Shown in pieces: positions 38,204 through 50,940 of a DNA stretch of 64,000 nucleotides. Below the pieces are notes generated by a model. It searched no databases. It was given only the letters and a program-made list of their open reading frames with translations, and was not told where the DNA came from. The stretch covers positions 68,820,001 through 68,884,000 of the forward strand of contig NC_043008.1 in assembly GCF_006345805.1 (NCBI RefSeq), written 5' to 3'. A program made the translations under genes and the position numbers. How positions within the stretch are numbered: the first letter of the stretch is position 1; every line of letters starts with the position of its first letter. Source of the DNA: Octopus sinensis. Taxonomy: Eukaryota.

Positions 38204-39889
38204 CATGCAAGTACAGCTTTTTAATAAGGTCTTAAGAAGAAAGTCTTTGTAGAATAACCTAATAAACGAACCTTGCTGTTGTTAAAACATTCTGTGGCAA
38301 GAATCGATGTTTTCTCGTCAGTATGCTGGTGTGATTCCTCTGTGCAATGCTGTTTGAGACTCGCTTTAATTCCTTCTAAGCTAACTGTTATTGTGATGAC
38401 GTCGTTCGTTTGTGCAATGACGTCAAACGTTTATGTGCTTAAATCTACCATTTGTTTAACGATGACTTCAGTTGTTTTTTCCTCTTTGTGTGGTGACTTC
38501 ATTCCTTTGTATAGTAAAATATAGCACTAGGTAGTTTTGACAATATAAATCTAGCTGCGATTTAGTGTGCTGACGTCAGTCGTTTGTGTCGTTATGTTTA
38601 AAAATGAATTACTTGTTATTTATTTATTTATTTACAGGTGTACAAGTATTTACAATTTTATCACTGTCTAAAAGGGAAAAAAAACTCAGGTAAAGGACAT
38701 TGTTATCGAATCATGAAGCCCAGTAAAAATAATTAATTCCAAGAAAGCTAGCAGTCGTCTCTGTCGGTAAAAATTACTTCGTGTAATGCTCGCCCTGGAC
38801 AAAGAATTTTACTAGAAACAACAGCTCTCTCATCTGTTCTCCGCATACGATCTTCAACACCAGTTGAGAGATGAGGTAAACCATTCAGAACAGTGATGTC
38901 ATTGATTTGTGAAGTGACGTCAGGGAATTTTATGGTGAAATCTACAACTGTTTTAGAGATAATACTCTGATAGAATTGATTGAATTTTATGATGAAGTAA
39001 GTAGTTGCAAGAAGAAAATTAGTAGCCGAGACCACTTTCAGCCGCAGTAGTAGTGATGGTAAGAGTAACATTAATAGTAGTAGTGTAGGGTAGTAGTGGT
39101 GGCTGTGTTGGTGATAGCAGTAGTATTTGTAGTGGTGATAGTATTAGTTGTGGCAGTGGTAGTGTTGGTGGTTGTGGTGGTGGTAGTAATAGCAGTGGTG
39201 ATGTTGTTGGTGGTAGTGGTAGTAGTAGTAATAGTCGGAGGAGCAGCAGTGCTAGTAGTATTCGCAACTTCAGTGTTAAAGATGGTGAAGATGATGAGGA
39301 AGAGAGAATAAAGTGCAGAAGCAGAAAACCGGAGAGAAGAAAACCAATAATAAGAAGAAGAATAGAAATTAGAAAATGAATGATAGAGACTGAAGGGTAG
39401 AAAGAAGAAGAGAGATGGAAAGGAAGCCAGAAGAAAGATAAGAAAATAAAAGCGGAAGATTAATTAATTAGTTAATTAATTAATAAATAATAATGATGAT
39501 AATAATAATAATAACAACAACAACAGCAACAACTGCACTTTAAATAATAATAGTAATGATAAAAGAAAACAGAATAAGACGCTGCAAGAAACTTAAGCAT
39601 TTCTCTAAGGTGAACAAGGTATCTGAAACAAATAGTAACACATTTACAGGAACATGAACAACAAAAAGAACAACAATAAATGCAAAATGAAAACAATAGA
39701 TGGCACAACAACAACCACAATAACATCAGCAACGGAATTTGTAGAATATTGGTTGGGAATTTGGAGCGAAAAGCATTGAGTACCGTCAATAAGAACAAAG
39801 AATAAAAAGAGAAAGGGCAAGAAAATGTAATAATACCGCAAGCGTGACTCAGCTTAACAATATGGTAAAGATTGCAAGCAAATGCAAGG

Positions 39890-40830
39890 CTGCCAGATCG
39901 ACAAAGGCTCTCCAGTTACTTGTTGAAACATCTAAACAACAGTCAAGAATCTGTAACAACATTTAATGAGTTGTTAAACATAGAATAATTGTTAACACTT
40001 AAGAATGGTTACTAGGAGGAGAAACAATAGTAATTCTTTAAACGGGTGAAAAAATGAACACAGTCTTACGACAGCAAAATTAGTGATCTATAATTTATTT
40101 ACCAACAACATACACAATCCTTTCATCCGATACTCCGTATCAAGTTGACTGCTCACTTAGAAGCCAATGACATCTTACCAGAGGGGCAAATATAGTGTTA
40201 GAAGGAGGGCTTTGTAAAAGACAGGCTAATACTGAAATTAAAATTACCAAAAAAAGCTGGTGACAGTATAATACATTCTTAGATAATGAAGATAACTGCA
40301 TATAAATAAAACAGCTACGATACAAACGTAATACATCAAATATGGCATATGACAAAGAGAGACTATTAAAGCCAGACATACCCACAAGATAAATAGTTTA
40401 GAGAGAGACACCTCGTTTATTTTGCTCTAGCTTTGCCTTCCTTAACACATTTTCTGAATGAAACCTCCGTTGGTTATAGTTGGCGTGGACACATTATAAA
40501 CCAACCCCTCTCTGCGAATGAGTTTAACTATTCACAAGGGACAATATTCAGCGTATATCAAGTATTGACCCTTGTAAATAAGTGTAAATCACATATGGAT
40601 CAATAAGCAAAAGAAAAATAAATTCTAAACTCATCTTTAATATAGACATAAGTATGGAACGTAGCAAATGTCTCAAAGCTACTTTAAGAAGATGCAAATT
40701 AATTGACTCAAACCTAAACAATTCAATAATATAAGATGCGATGAAAAGCGTAGACGCGATAACTAGAAAACTACTAGAAAACAGCATTCTGAAACTATCA
40801 TTCTAAAATGTATATAAATAGAACAAGAAT
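39890..40830 (+). pseudogene. Heavily degenerate R4/Dong-clade non-LTR reverse transcriptase
   Basis: EWLLGGETIVIL; N**SIIYLPTTYTILSS (from NYRPITCLP..YK.L); LTAHLEANDILPEGQ; LALPSLTHFLNETSVGY...IINQPLSANEF (INHLLYMDDL position); DISME..KCLKATLRRCKL; KSVDAITRKLL, all in the expected order. Confidence 0.75.
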
Positions 40831-40832
40831 AC

Positions 40833-41794
40833 CTATCTCGCATAAAGAGATGACATGGGTTGATACTCTCTTTTCTTCATAATTGGAGTGGGTAGTATGT
40901 TTTGGGGGTAGTTGTTGCTTAATAGATTGTTACTTAGCTTGATCATTCCTCCGTGCTGTGTATCAGGATCGCTGCTTATATTCTTTGCTCGATGTTTTAG
41001 GCACTGAGCAATCCGTCTCTTTACACTGTGTTGATGGTGGGAATTGAAGTTGTGGTATCGTCCAGTGAAGTTTGGCTTGCGGTATACGGATGTCCTGGAT
41101 CCATTCTTGGTGCGTGTTATTAATACATCCAGGAATGCTAGCTTATTGTCTTTTTCCTTTTCCATTGTGAACTGTATAGGTGGTTTTATTGAGTTCAGAT
41201 GATCTAACAGTACTTTGACATCTTCCTGGTGGGACCAGAGTATGAAGCTGTCATCAATATATCGCAGCCACAGGGTTGGTTTTAGTGGTGTTGATCCTAA
41301 AGCCAAATTCTCAAAGTATTCCATGTACATATTGGCTATTATTGGTGATAATGGCGAACCCACGGGTAAACGCTCATGCTGTCGATATACATCAGTGTTC
41401 ATTCTGAAGTAGGTAGTTTCTACACAGAAGGTCAACATTTCCATCAAATTTCCTATTGGTATACTAGTACATTCTTTTAGGTGGGTGTCTATCACTAGGT
41501 TTTTCTTGAATCACCGATAGTGCTTCATCAGTTGGTGAACAGACATCACATCTAGAAACACCATCTGGTTGAATCCACTGACTTTCCTGCTGAAGGACTG
41601 ATTATATCCACAAGGAAGCGGCTCAGTGGATGACATGCTGGACCTCTACAGCTCACTATAGGTCTTAATGGAATACCATCCTTGTGAGTCTTAGGGAGAC
41701 CGTACATGTGCGGTAGTTTACTATAGTGTTGAGTTAGTTGTCTGTACTTCATTGGTATAAAGTGATCCTTGTTCTTGATCAAGATCTGTGGCAA
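40833..41794 (-). pseudogene. Penelope-like element reverse transcriptase (Penelope/Poseidon type), truncated and frameshifted
   Basis: YGLPKTHKDGIPLRPIVS; LPVGSPLSPIIANMYMEYFE; KPTLWLRYIDDSF; LNSIKPPIQFTMEKE...FLDVLITR; VYRKP...GRY.NFNSHH. No GIY-YIG endonuclease follows. Confidence 0.93.
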
Positions 41795-41804
41795 CTTCCC
41801 CCAT

Positions 41805-42035
41805 TTATGATCCGTGTAGCCGACGACTTTGAAACGTGGATCAAAATACTCTATCTAGATATGATCAGGAAGTCTCGATGCGGTTCGCCCATGTCCACAT
41901 TAGCGCATTCGGAAATGCAGTCGGTACCTGTCAGCCAAATGGAAGCGACTTTTACTCCCACCTCTGCTATCAGTTAGTCCCACCCTATCCAGGCTTGCGT
42001 CCAAGTCGGTGTTCCAGTCACTCACTAATATCAAA
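41805..42035 (-). pseudogene. C-terminal half of an APE-type endonuclease from a Tx1/L1 LINE
   Basis: LVSDWNTDLDASLDRVG; DRYRL; MWTWANR; SYLDRV; FKVVGYTDHK, matching the GDWN, YLDR and SDH motifs, with frameshifts. Confidence 0.8.
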
Positions 42036-42039
42036 GAGC

Positions 42040-43000
42040 TCTATTGGGAGCTTCATGTGGTTGTGAGTGCATTGGTGGATTTGGTTGTTTTGCTAGTGGT
42101 GCTGGTGTTGGTTTTGCTGTGTCTACGTTCGACGAGCTGGGGATTTCTGTGGTTTCAGATATTGTTCTAGGTTTATCTATTTTCTTTTTCCTTTGTCTTT
42201 TACGTTATGTTTGCTTTGTAAGGTTCTTCCTCGTCTTCACTACGGGATGATGAGGGACTAGTGTCTGTAGAGTCTGTCTAGGGAAGTGTGTCTGTGGTAG
42301 TGTGAGCGTGTTGGTATGAATATACGTTTGAGAGAGAGAGAGGGTGAGGGGATCTGGTTTGTTAGATACCCTAGGTGGTTGTATCCATTCTATGGGTTTC
42401 ACATGCCTCTGTTGTTGTTGAAGATGAGGCTACTGTTTCATTAAGATATATCTGTTGTTGCTGTTGCTGTTGCTGGGGGGTGCGATGCAGGCTGCAGGCA
42501 TGGTCGCGTACCTCCCACTTCTGGCTCTCAGGTGTCTTGTGGCCCCACAGATGTATCAACTGGGCTCTCTGCCTTCCACGATGAGACGCAGTTCCACCCC
42601 GTTGGGCAACTGGATCAGGTCTGCAATCTTGTCGATATTTTCTGGTTCAACATGGATTATTAATTTTCGAAGTTGATCCTGCACTAGTTCTCCCTGCTGC
42701 TTCTTTTTACCTCCAGGAGTGACTCTGGGTCCTCCATCACACAGGTGACAAACCAAAAGACGTTTGCCCTAATTCTAGTCGTCCTCTTTGAAAGGTAGGA
42801 GGGATACAGGACACACTCCTCAGTCCACCAGGGTGACACTGCGTATCTTCGTGCGAGGTCCTCCTTTTAATGAGGACCTCAATGCTAGCAAACCTCCTTC
42901 CTCTCTGTTTATGGACTACATCAATTAAAATCTCTCTGAGGGCCTTCTCAACATGATTGACGGACGCTATTTCAGCTCTACATTTGAGTGATACGCATCT
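42040..43000 (-). pseudogene. Tx1/L1-type ORF1 relic (RRM-like region, degenerate CCHC knuckle, S/T/D/E-rich tail)
   Basis: LRLIVEGREPS*YICGATRHLRARS is CX2CX4HX4C with two mutated Cys. The tail PSSSRSEDEEEP is homologous to PSSSSSEDEGKP at about 52440. Confidence 0.75.
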
Positions 43001-43374
43001 GAAATATACTGTCTTCTTATTTTGCCTCTATTATGTCGGGAGGTACGAGCACTTCAGCCTTACCCCACTCAAATTTAATGATGTCTTTCACTTTTGAGAA
43101 TTCATGAGTTCTGTCATCGAGTGGGATGGCAAACTTTTCTCTTTATATTTCTCTCTCTTTGGCAAACATATCTCTCTTTGCTACATCAGCAAACCTTTTA
43201 TTTTTGTTATTGTTTTTGTTGTTGTCGTCGCTACTGTTGTTGTTGCTTACTACTGCTGCTGCTGTCACTGCTGCCTCTGTTGCTGTCGATGTTTTTTTTT
43301 AACTCTTTCAAGATTTGCTCCGCCATCATGTTGAATTATATATGATTAAATAACCACCGAACTTATTTGGTGGG

Positions 43375-43560
43375 CCCAATATAGCCTTGCGAGGGCCCAA
43401 ACATGTTCAGAAAACCAGTGGTAGGTTCCTGGTGTTTCTTTTAACAACTTAGAACAAAATGTAAACTGAAAACACGGCAAGAAACTAGTGTAAACAAATG
43501 TTCTAAAATGAACTTACTTTGAGCATTCGAAAACACGTTCGAGATACTCCGCAGCAAATA
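43375..43560 (+). repeat. Uncharacterised dispersed repeat (family E) ending in ccgcagcaaat-(AAT)n; second diverged copy at 50940-51115 on the minus strand
   Basis: Shared aactta...cg...t.c.cgcagcaaat end and an upstream gaaaacc...aggttc.t.gtgtt block. Confidence 0.5.
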
Positions 43561-43573
43561 TAATAATATTGAA

Positions 43574-43635
<62 letters not shown>

Positions 43636-43689
43636 AATAATATAATAATAATAATAATGATGATAATAATTCTTACTACTGGAGGCACG

Positions 43690-43875
43690 AGATCTCACAT
43701 TTTTGGGGAGGGGACTGCATCGACTCCTGTGTTTCACTGGTACTTAATTTATCGACCCCGAAAGGATGAAAGGCAAAGTGGACCTCAGCGGAAGTTGAAC
43801 TCAGAACACGAAGACAGATGAAATGCCGCTAAGCATTTCGCCCGGCGTGCTAACGATTCTGACAGCTCGCCATCT
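43690..43875 (-). mobile_element. SINE family A, older tail type, set in (AAT)n
   Basis: Reverse complement of ggcgagctgtcagaatcgttagcacgccgggcgaaatgcttagcggc...gggtcgataaattaagtaccag. Confidence 0.9.
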
Positions 43876-43908
<33 letters not shown>

Positions 43909-44358
43909 TATAATAATAATAATAGCAGCTAGTTGTACAAGCAGAGTTGCTTGCTTTTCATTTCATTCTTGCATTTCATTATCGCCTGTAACATTTCCCA
44001 CGTGATGAATCTAAGTGAAAATAATTTATGAATTCAAGCTGTAAAACTCGAAAATTTTGTACCATTTCTATGAGGTTGTTCTTAGCAATCGTTACCCTCC
44101 TCCTTCTCCTTCTCTTCATCATCATCACAACCACCACATCTACGACGACTACAACCACCATCACCATCATCACCACAAGCACCACCACTACCACCACCAC
44201 CACCACCACCACCACCACCACCACCACCACCACCACCACCACCACCGCCAACATCACTACCATCGGTCACACAAACATTAGTGCCTCCACTACCATCACT
44301 ACCACCACCATCACCAGTATCACCACAACCTCCACTACTACTACTACTACTACTACTA

Positions 44359-44390
<32 letters not shown>

Positions 44391-44762
44391 TTACTACTAT
44401 CACCATAGCCACCACAACCACTACCACCTCCACAACAAGCATTACCAAAACCAACATTATCATCATCACCTTCTTCTTCTTCTTCTTCTTCTTCTTCTTC
44501 TTCTCATTCTTCTACTTGACCATCCACTACTTTCGCTCTTTCTGTCTCTTCTATTTTTTCCTTTTTTCTTTATCTTCTAGCAAAACCAATATCTGTAGAG
44601 CAAAACGCAAATGAAATTAACCTGGCTGGAGGGGTAGTGTTTAAAAGAAACAAATGTAGTAGTACAAGTATTAAAGATTTTGTTGTTGAAGAAGAAAAGG
44701 AAGGTGGGAGAGACAGGAGAAAAGCAGAGGGGAGGAGGTGGTGGAGAGAAGTAGGAGTAATA

Positions 44763-44794
<32 letters not shown>

Positions 44795-44825
44795 GATGAT
44801 GATGATGATAATGATGATGATAATA

Positions 44826-44875
<50 letters not shown>

Positions 44876-45490
44876 AATGATGATGATGATGATGATGATG
44901 ATGAAGAAGAAGAGAAGAACAAGAAGAAACAATATTTTCTATTGGAATATGTTTGATGACTGAACAATTACTCGAAGGAAAATGAAAATGGCAAAAAGCA
45001 AAAAAAAAAAAAAGAAAAGAAATTTGGCTATGTTGGAGAGATGGGGAAAAAGGAAGACAAAAAGAAAGAGAAAGAGTGAAAATAAAAGAGTGGGAGAGAA
45101 AAAGCGTGAAAAATTGCAGAGTGACCACCATGTTAGTAATGTTCCGCTGATTCATGCTTTGTTGTGCATAAAAATATATTGTTTAATTAATGTGGAGTCG
45201 TTTAAAGGACAAATAAGAAAATTAAGCTATTTACTACGGCAATAGTTGATTTAATTCATCATTGCATTATTATAGTAGCTGAATATTCAGCAGTATTGAT
45301 TGTGCGAACGAAATCAAGTACGTCTTCCCTGAAGAGTGACCAACCAGCCTCGAAACGACCTACCGGTAACAGCACATCGGCAACAGAGAAGCAATGTGTT
45401 TTTATTTTATGAAATTCTCAAAGTTTTTCATATTTGACTTAACTTTTTTTTAAAGTATAGATTCATGCAATATTACGCATAACACACACA

Positions 45491-45522
<32 letters not shown>

Positions 45523-45672
45523 TACACACACACACAAACAGACACATAGGCCACATGACACGAAATATAAGTATAACTATATACTTCTGCTAGAGTGTGT
45601 ATATATTGTGTATACATCTATATGCATGTGTGTATATATGCATTTATATATATATGTGCATGTATATATATA

Positions 45673-45715
<43 letters not shown>

Positions 45716-45765
45716 ATGCATATATATATATGTGTGCATATATATATAAATATGTGTGTATGTAT

Positions 45766-45830
<65 letters not shown>

Positions 45831-45914
45831 TATATATATATAAATATGTGTGTGTATGTATGTATACACACATACATATATATAGATAAGCAAAAATGCT
45901 AGTTCTAAAATATC

Positions 45915-46477
45915 TCTAAGAGATCAACGCAGCAGTTATGCTATCAAGTAATATTCGTAGCCACTTCAACATGGCCGTACGTTCGTACGGAGTATATTGC
46001 GATTTTTTAACCCTGAGATGAAATCACCTCTAGCTAGTTAACGATGCAGAGCTGCATCCGATAAATTGCGAGAATGAGAGTGAACTCTTACCACCTTCTA
46101 GCGACGGGATCAGCAGACCAGTCCTGGTTTCGGGCTATTTCTGCCACTCTTCAATACTTGACACCTCGTCTGCTAGAGATGGCAGTATCTCGCTTCTACT
46201 TGCAACATATATATTTTAAGCGATTACACAGTCGTTCTAAGAGATCAACGCACTAGTTGTACTATCAAGTAATAGTCGTAGCCACTTCCACACGGCTGTC
46301 TATTTGAACGGACTGTACTGTGATTTTGTAACGCCAAGAGGACATCTTCTCTAGCTGGTTAACGATGATGAGCTGCACCCGATAAAGTGCGAGCAAGGGA
46401 GCGAACTCCTACCACCTTCTAGCGACGTTTTTCATCATTAAAGAGTGGCAGAAATAACCCGAAACAACCTGGTCTGC
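45915..46477. mobile_element. Two 192-bp direct repeats (period 321), each followed by a hammerhead, in opposite orientations
   Basis: Repeats at 45915-46106 and 46236-46427. Hammerheads at 46109-46162 (-) and 46435-46477 (+). Confidence 0.85.
46109..46162 (-). ncRNA. Type-I hammerhead ribozyme with U3 variant core
   Basis: Stem I AGTA/TGCT plus extension; core TTGAAGA; stem II G-t-GGC-agaaata-GCC-C; GAAA; stem III CCA-ggac-TGG; GUC triplet. Confidence 0.72.
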
Positions 46478-46480
46478 GGG

Positions 46481-46915
46481 CCCCCTCTGATAAAGGTACT
46501 CTAGGTACATACATCACAACATTATGGTCATCTCCTATCAAGATAAACAACTCATGACTTTGCAGGTTGGGCCCAGTTAGAATTTTTTTCAGGTTAAGTA
46601 GCCCACCCTGCCCAAAAGGTCCCTGGATAAGGGTTGTTTCAGGATGTTGAATGAAACACCTTTCTATAGAGGTGAATTATTCAACCTCAAACAATTCCTC
46701 TCAGCACATGGCCATGTGATCAGAGATTCACATATCGCCAGCCACCAAAAGACATGCTCAACTGGTTAAGGTCAAACAACTGACAAGCAAATCTGGTGTA
46801 CTGAGCCAAATATTTGCTGTAGCTCATATTTTATACCAAGACAAAACAATGTACATGATAACACTTCCAAACAGTTAAGATCAGAAGCCATGAGAGCCAC
46901 TGCTTGGTACTGCAC

Positions 46916-46916
<1 letters not shown>
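46481..46916 (-). mobile_element. Non-coding dispersed element, family D (TAA-associated)
   Basis: Reverse complement of 48319-48778. It abuts (ATT)n at 46917. Orientation is assigned by inference. Confidence 0.88.
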
Positions 46917-46977
<61 letters not shown>

Positions 46978-46978
<1 letters not shown>

Positions 46979-47180
46979 GGCGGTGAGCTGGCAGAGTCAT
47001 TAGCAATGTGGAGGAAATGCTTAGCGGTATTTCGCCCATCGTTACATTCTGAGTTCAAATTCCGCTGAGGGCGACTTTGCCTTTCATCCTTTAGGAGTCG
47101 GCAAATCAAGTACCAGAGAAGGTCGATGTAATCGACTAGTTCCCTCTCGCCAAATTCCAGGTCTTGTGCGTTTAGTATAA
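46978..47180 (+). mobile_element. SINE family A, older tail type, inside (ATT)n
   Basis: ggcggtgagctggcagag...gactttgcctttcatcctttaggagtcggcaaatcaagtaccag...ggtcttgtgc. Confidence 0.88.
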
Positions 47181-47208
47181 ATGATTATTATTATTATTAT
47201 TATTATTG

Positions 47209-47282
<74 letters not shown>

Positions 47283-47816
47283 GGCATTGTAGTTGAAGCT
47301 GCAACTTCTATTCAATTAAATTTGTTTTCGCTGACTTAACCTAGATCTTTTGTTTATAGTGTTGTACTTTGTTGTGGATGTTGTCATCATCATCATCATC
47401 GTCATCATCATCATCATTATCATCATCATCATCATCAGCATCATCATCATCATCTTAATAATTATTATTGTTGTTGTTGTTGTATTTGTCGCTGTTATTG
47501 CTATTATAAGAAGCAGATTTTAATTGTTATATATTCCACACATTTAGAAGACACTTCCTTTATTTTTAATTGTTATTTCAACATTTACAACAGAAATTCA
47601 TTACACCCCGTCGTGGCCATGGTGGTGGCGGTGAGATATGATTCTCACAATGGTGGTTGTTATAGTTATCTTTGTTTCTTATTTGATGGAGAAAGGGAAA
47701 GAAGGTCAGAAAGGAGCGAAGGAGGGAGTATCGGGAGCAATGAACGACATATTCGCAATAATTCCAACATTAACGCGAACAGAATCAACGCTACTACTAC
47801 TACTACTACTACTACA

Positions 47817-47850
<34 letters not shown>

Positions 47851-47990
47851 GAAATAATAATATAATAATAATAAATAATATAATAATATTAATAATAATA
47901 AAATAATGAATAATAATAATAATAATAATAATAAATAATAATATAATAATAATAATAATACTAGTAATAATAATAATATTAATAATAATA

Positions 47991-48027
<37 letters not shown>

Positions 48028-48054
48028 GTAATAATAATATTAATAATAATAATA

Positions 48055-48085
<31 letters not shown>

Positions 48086-48318
48086 GTAATAAAAATAATA
48101 TTAATAATAATAATAATAATGATAATAATAATAATAATAATAGTAATAATAATAATATTAATAATAATAATAATAATAATGATAATAATAATAATAATAA
48201 TAAATAATAATAATAATAATTATAATAATAATAATGATAATAATAATAATAATAATAATAAATAATAATAATAATAATTATAATAATAATAAAACTAATA
48301 ATAATAATATTAATAATA

Positions 48319-48778
48319 AGATGGGCTACAGCAAATATTCTGCTCAATACCACAGATTTGCTTGTCAGTTGTTTGACCATAACCAGTTGAGCATGTCCCT
48401 TAGTGGCTGACGATATGTGCATCTCTGATCACGAGCAGAAGTAGTGGGGGAGCATCATAGCCATGTGTTGAGAGGGATTCTTTGGGGTTTGAATAGTTCA
48501 CCTCTGGAAACATGGGTGGTTCTTTCAACATCCTTAAACAACCCTTATTCAGGGACCGTTTGAGCGGATGAGCTACTCAACCTGAAGAAAATTCTAACTG
48601 GGCCCCACCTGCAAGGTCATGTGCTGTTTATCTTGATATGAGATCACCATGTCGCGCACATATGGTTGTGATGCATGTGCCTGGTGTACCTTTATCAGAC
48701 GGGTAGTCATGATGGTATATTGGGCTTCGTATATTTTACCCCAGTGTCACTTTGATGGCATGAACTGCTCTCTCACTC
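48319..48778 (+). mobile_element. Family D element flanked on both sides by (TAA)n
   Basis: Runs from agatgggctacagcaaatattc to ctctcactc followed by (AAT)n. No ORF and no tRNA head seen. Confidence 0.9.
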
Positions 48779-48847
<69 letters not shown>

Positions 48848-48868
48848 TTAATAATAATAGTAATAATA

Positions 48869-49022
48869 ACACATACAACATACAGAAAATTGCACTACTA
48901 GGCACTGCACACATCCTACGCAGAACACTTTCCATACAATAACCATCAGAGCATCACAAGAAATCACAGCACATACCCAAAGCACACAGAGCTGCGCTCG
49001 GTAGTGAAGTGAAAGCACGCCA
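48869..49022 (+). mobile_element. R4/Dong LINE extreme 3' end within (TAA)n
   Basis: IQKIALLGTAHILRRTLSIQ* followed by a short 3' UTR and TAA repeats. Confidence 0.8.
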
Positions 49023-49064
49023 TAAAAATAAAACTACTGAATAGTAATAATAATAATATTAATA

Positions 49065-49111
<47 letters not shown>

Positions 49112-49139
49112 TAATAATAATAATAATAATAATAAATTA

Positions 49140-49209
<70 letters not shown>

Positions 49210-49210
49210 T

Positions 49211-49530
49211 ACTTCATCGTGAGACCACACGGTGAATGAGAAGAGAAGGAAAGTGAGCAAGTGGAGCAATATCATCAGGAGTTGAAGTCAGAAATCAGGA
49301 AACTATGGAGAATCAGGTATGTAGAAATGGTACCATTTTTGATTGGCGCATTGAGAGCCGTTAATATAAGGTTTGCTGCATAGCCTGAGAAGCTTGGAAT
49401 TACCAACAGAACGAGGCTGAAGCAGACAACGGCCTTGTTAGGAACAACAAAGATTCCAAGGAAGGTGACCCAAAGGACTTTTGGCCATTGGATATGACTC
49501 GCTCTTTTGGTATAGAGTCGATGAAGTGTT
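49211..49530 (+). mobile_element. R4/Dong LINE restriction-like endonuclease C-terminal relic (different family from 48869)
   Basis: EEKESEQVEQYHQELKSEIRKLW..VEMVPFLIGALRAV...TALLGTTKIPRKV matches the KE.EK..KY..L..E...LW...V.V.P..IGALG pattern. Confidence 0.8.
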
Positions 49531-50731
49531 ATCGTTTTAATTTATCTCCAAAAGTTATTTATTGTCTTTGTTTTAAAACGTTTGTCGAAACCACTTCCAC
49601 TGCATTGATCTCGCTGTTATGTTTGTTTGTGCCCCTTTGGAGGCTCAAATCCGAAAAGAAAATATTGTTTTTGTTTTGGAAAAAATAATTTTAAAAAACC
49701 GTGATGACATCTACCCTGCCAACAGATATGGTGGAAGAAGTGAGGTGCATGACACCTTCAAATGGAAGGGAAGGTGAGTATTCTACAAGTTCAAAGTAGA
49801 TTGGATCATAGTACCACTATGACAACAAACAGCAGCAGCAGCAGCAGCAGTAGCAAGAACAACAACGATAACACAACAGTAACTTAATCCCAATTATGAA
49901 GCTGATTTCCCGGCTATAAATGAGATAGTACCAACGACATCGTCCAAGAGCAATGACAATTAAAGTACGAGAATGGCCACTACATATTCTACCACCATCA
50001 CCACCACCACCACCGCCGCCGCAGCTGCCGCCACAGCCGCCGCCACCATCAACACCACAACTACAACAACGAGAATTAAGATAGAGGGAAAAGCCCCCAA
50101 AATAATAGTAACCACAACAGCTTAAACAACATTTCTAATGTAAATAACAACGACTACATCAACAACAATAACAACAATACATTCGTATCAACGGCTACGA
50201 AGCGCGCAGAGCTATATAGGATGGATGTTTTACAGATAGATATATATATATGGCCCAAGCGGCCAAACTGATAAGGCTTGAAAAAAGCGTGAGCAGACAT
50301 TGCCATCTGCCTTGGAGGTGTTGGCAGACACACATACACGCGCTCACGCGCGCACACACAAACACACACATATCATAATTTAAAAACGTATTTTCATAAA
50401 CACAAAGTGTTTGGACACGGTTGATCAGGCGGATGTTGAAGATGTATTGAAAGAGGTAATACTCAACATTCAACATATTTCGAGAGCCGAGCAGTTTGTG
50501 AGCATTTGAGTGCTCTTCAAGACTGAATTTCTGAACGTCAAACACTCCGTGGTTCCTTGTCGGTACGAAAAATATATGCCCCATCAATCGCATTTAGGAA
50601 GCAGAATGGAGAGGATAAATATGTCAGGAATTCCAACCTTTATGCGCATAGTTTTGGAAAGTAGCAACAACCTCATGGAACGGAAAATTGTTCTGGGATC
50701 AGTGTGGAGGACAGACCGTCCAACCACAGAG

Positions 50732-50734
<3 letters not shown>

Positions 50735-50762
<28 letters not shown>

Positions 50763-50801
50763 CTTCTTCTTCTTCTTCTTCTTCTTCTTCTTCTTCTTCT
50801 T

Positions 50802-50832
<31 letters not shown>

Positions 50833-50842
50833 ATTATTATTA

Positions 50843-50940
<98 letters not shown>
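50735..50940. repeat. (CTT)n followed by (ATT)n
   Basis: Directly visible. Confidence 0.95.

Noticed and set aside
38748-39000. Non-repetitive 107-aa minus-strand ORF as a possible exon
   Set aside because: No recognisable domain and no convincing splice-site pair. It would need a BLASTX or RNA-seq hit.
46860-46916. HDV-like ribozyme at the inferred 5' end of family D
   Set aside because: A P3/L3-like hairpin can be drawn, but P1 and the GG needed for P1.1 are missing.
50400-50725. Possible RTE RT relic on the minus strand (GAYIFRTD..GVFDVQKF)
   Set aside because: Only a short loose resemblance, with no intact diagnostic motif.
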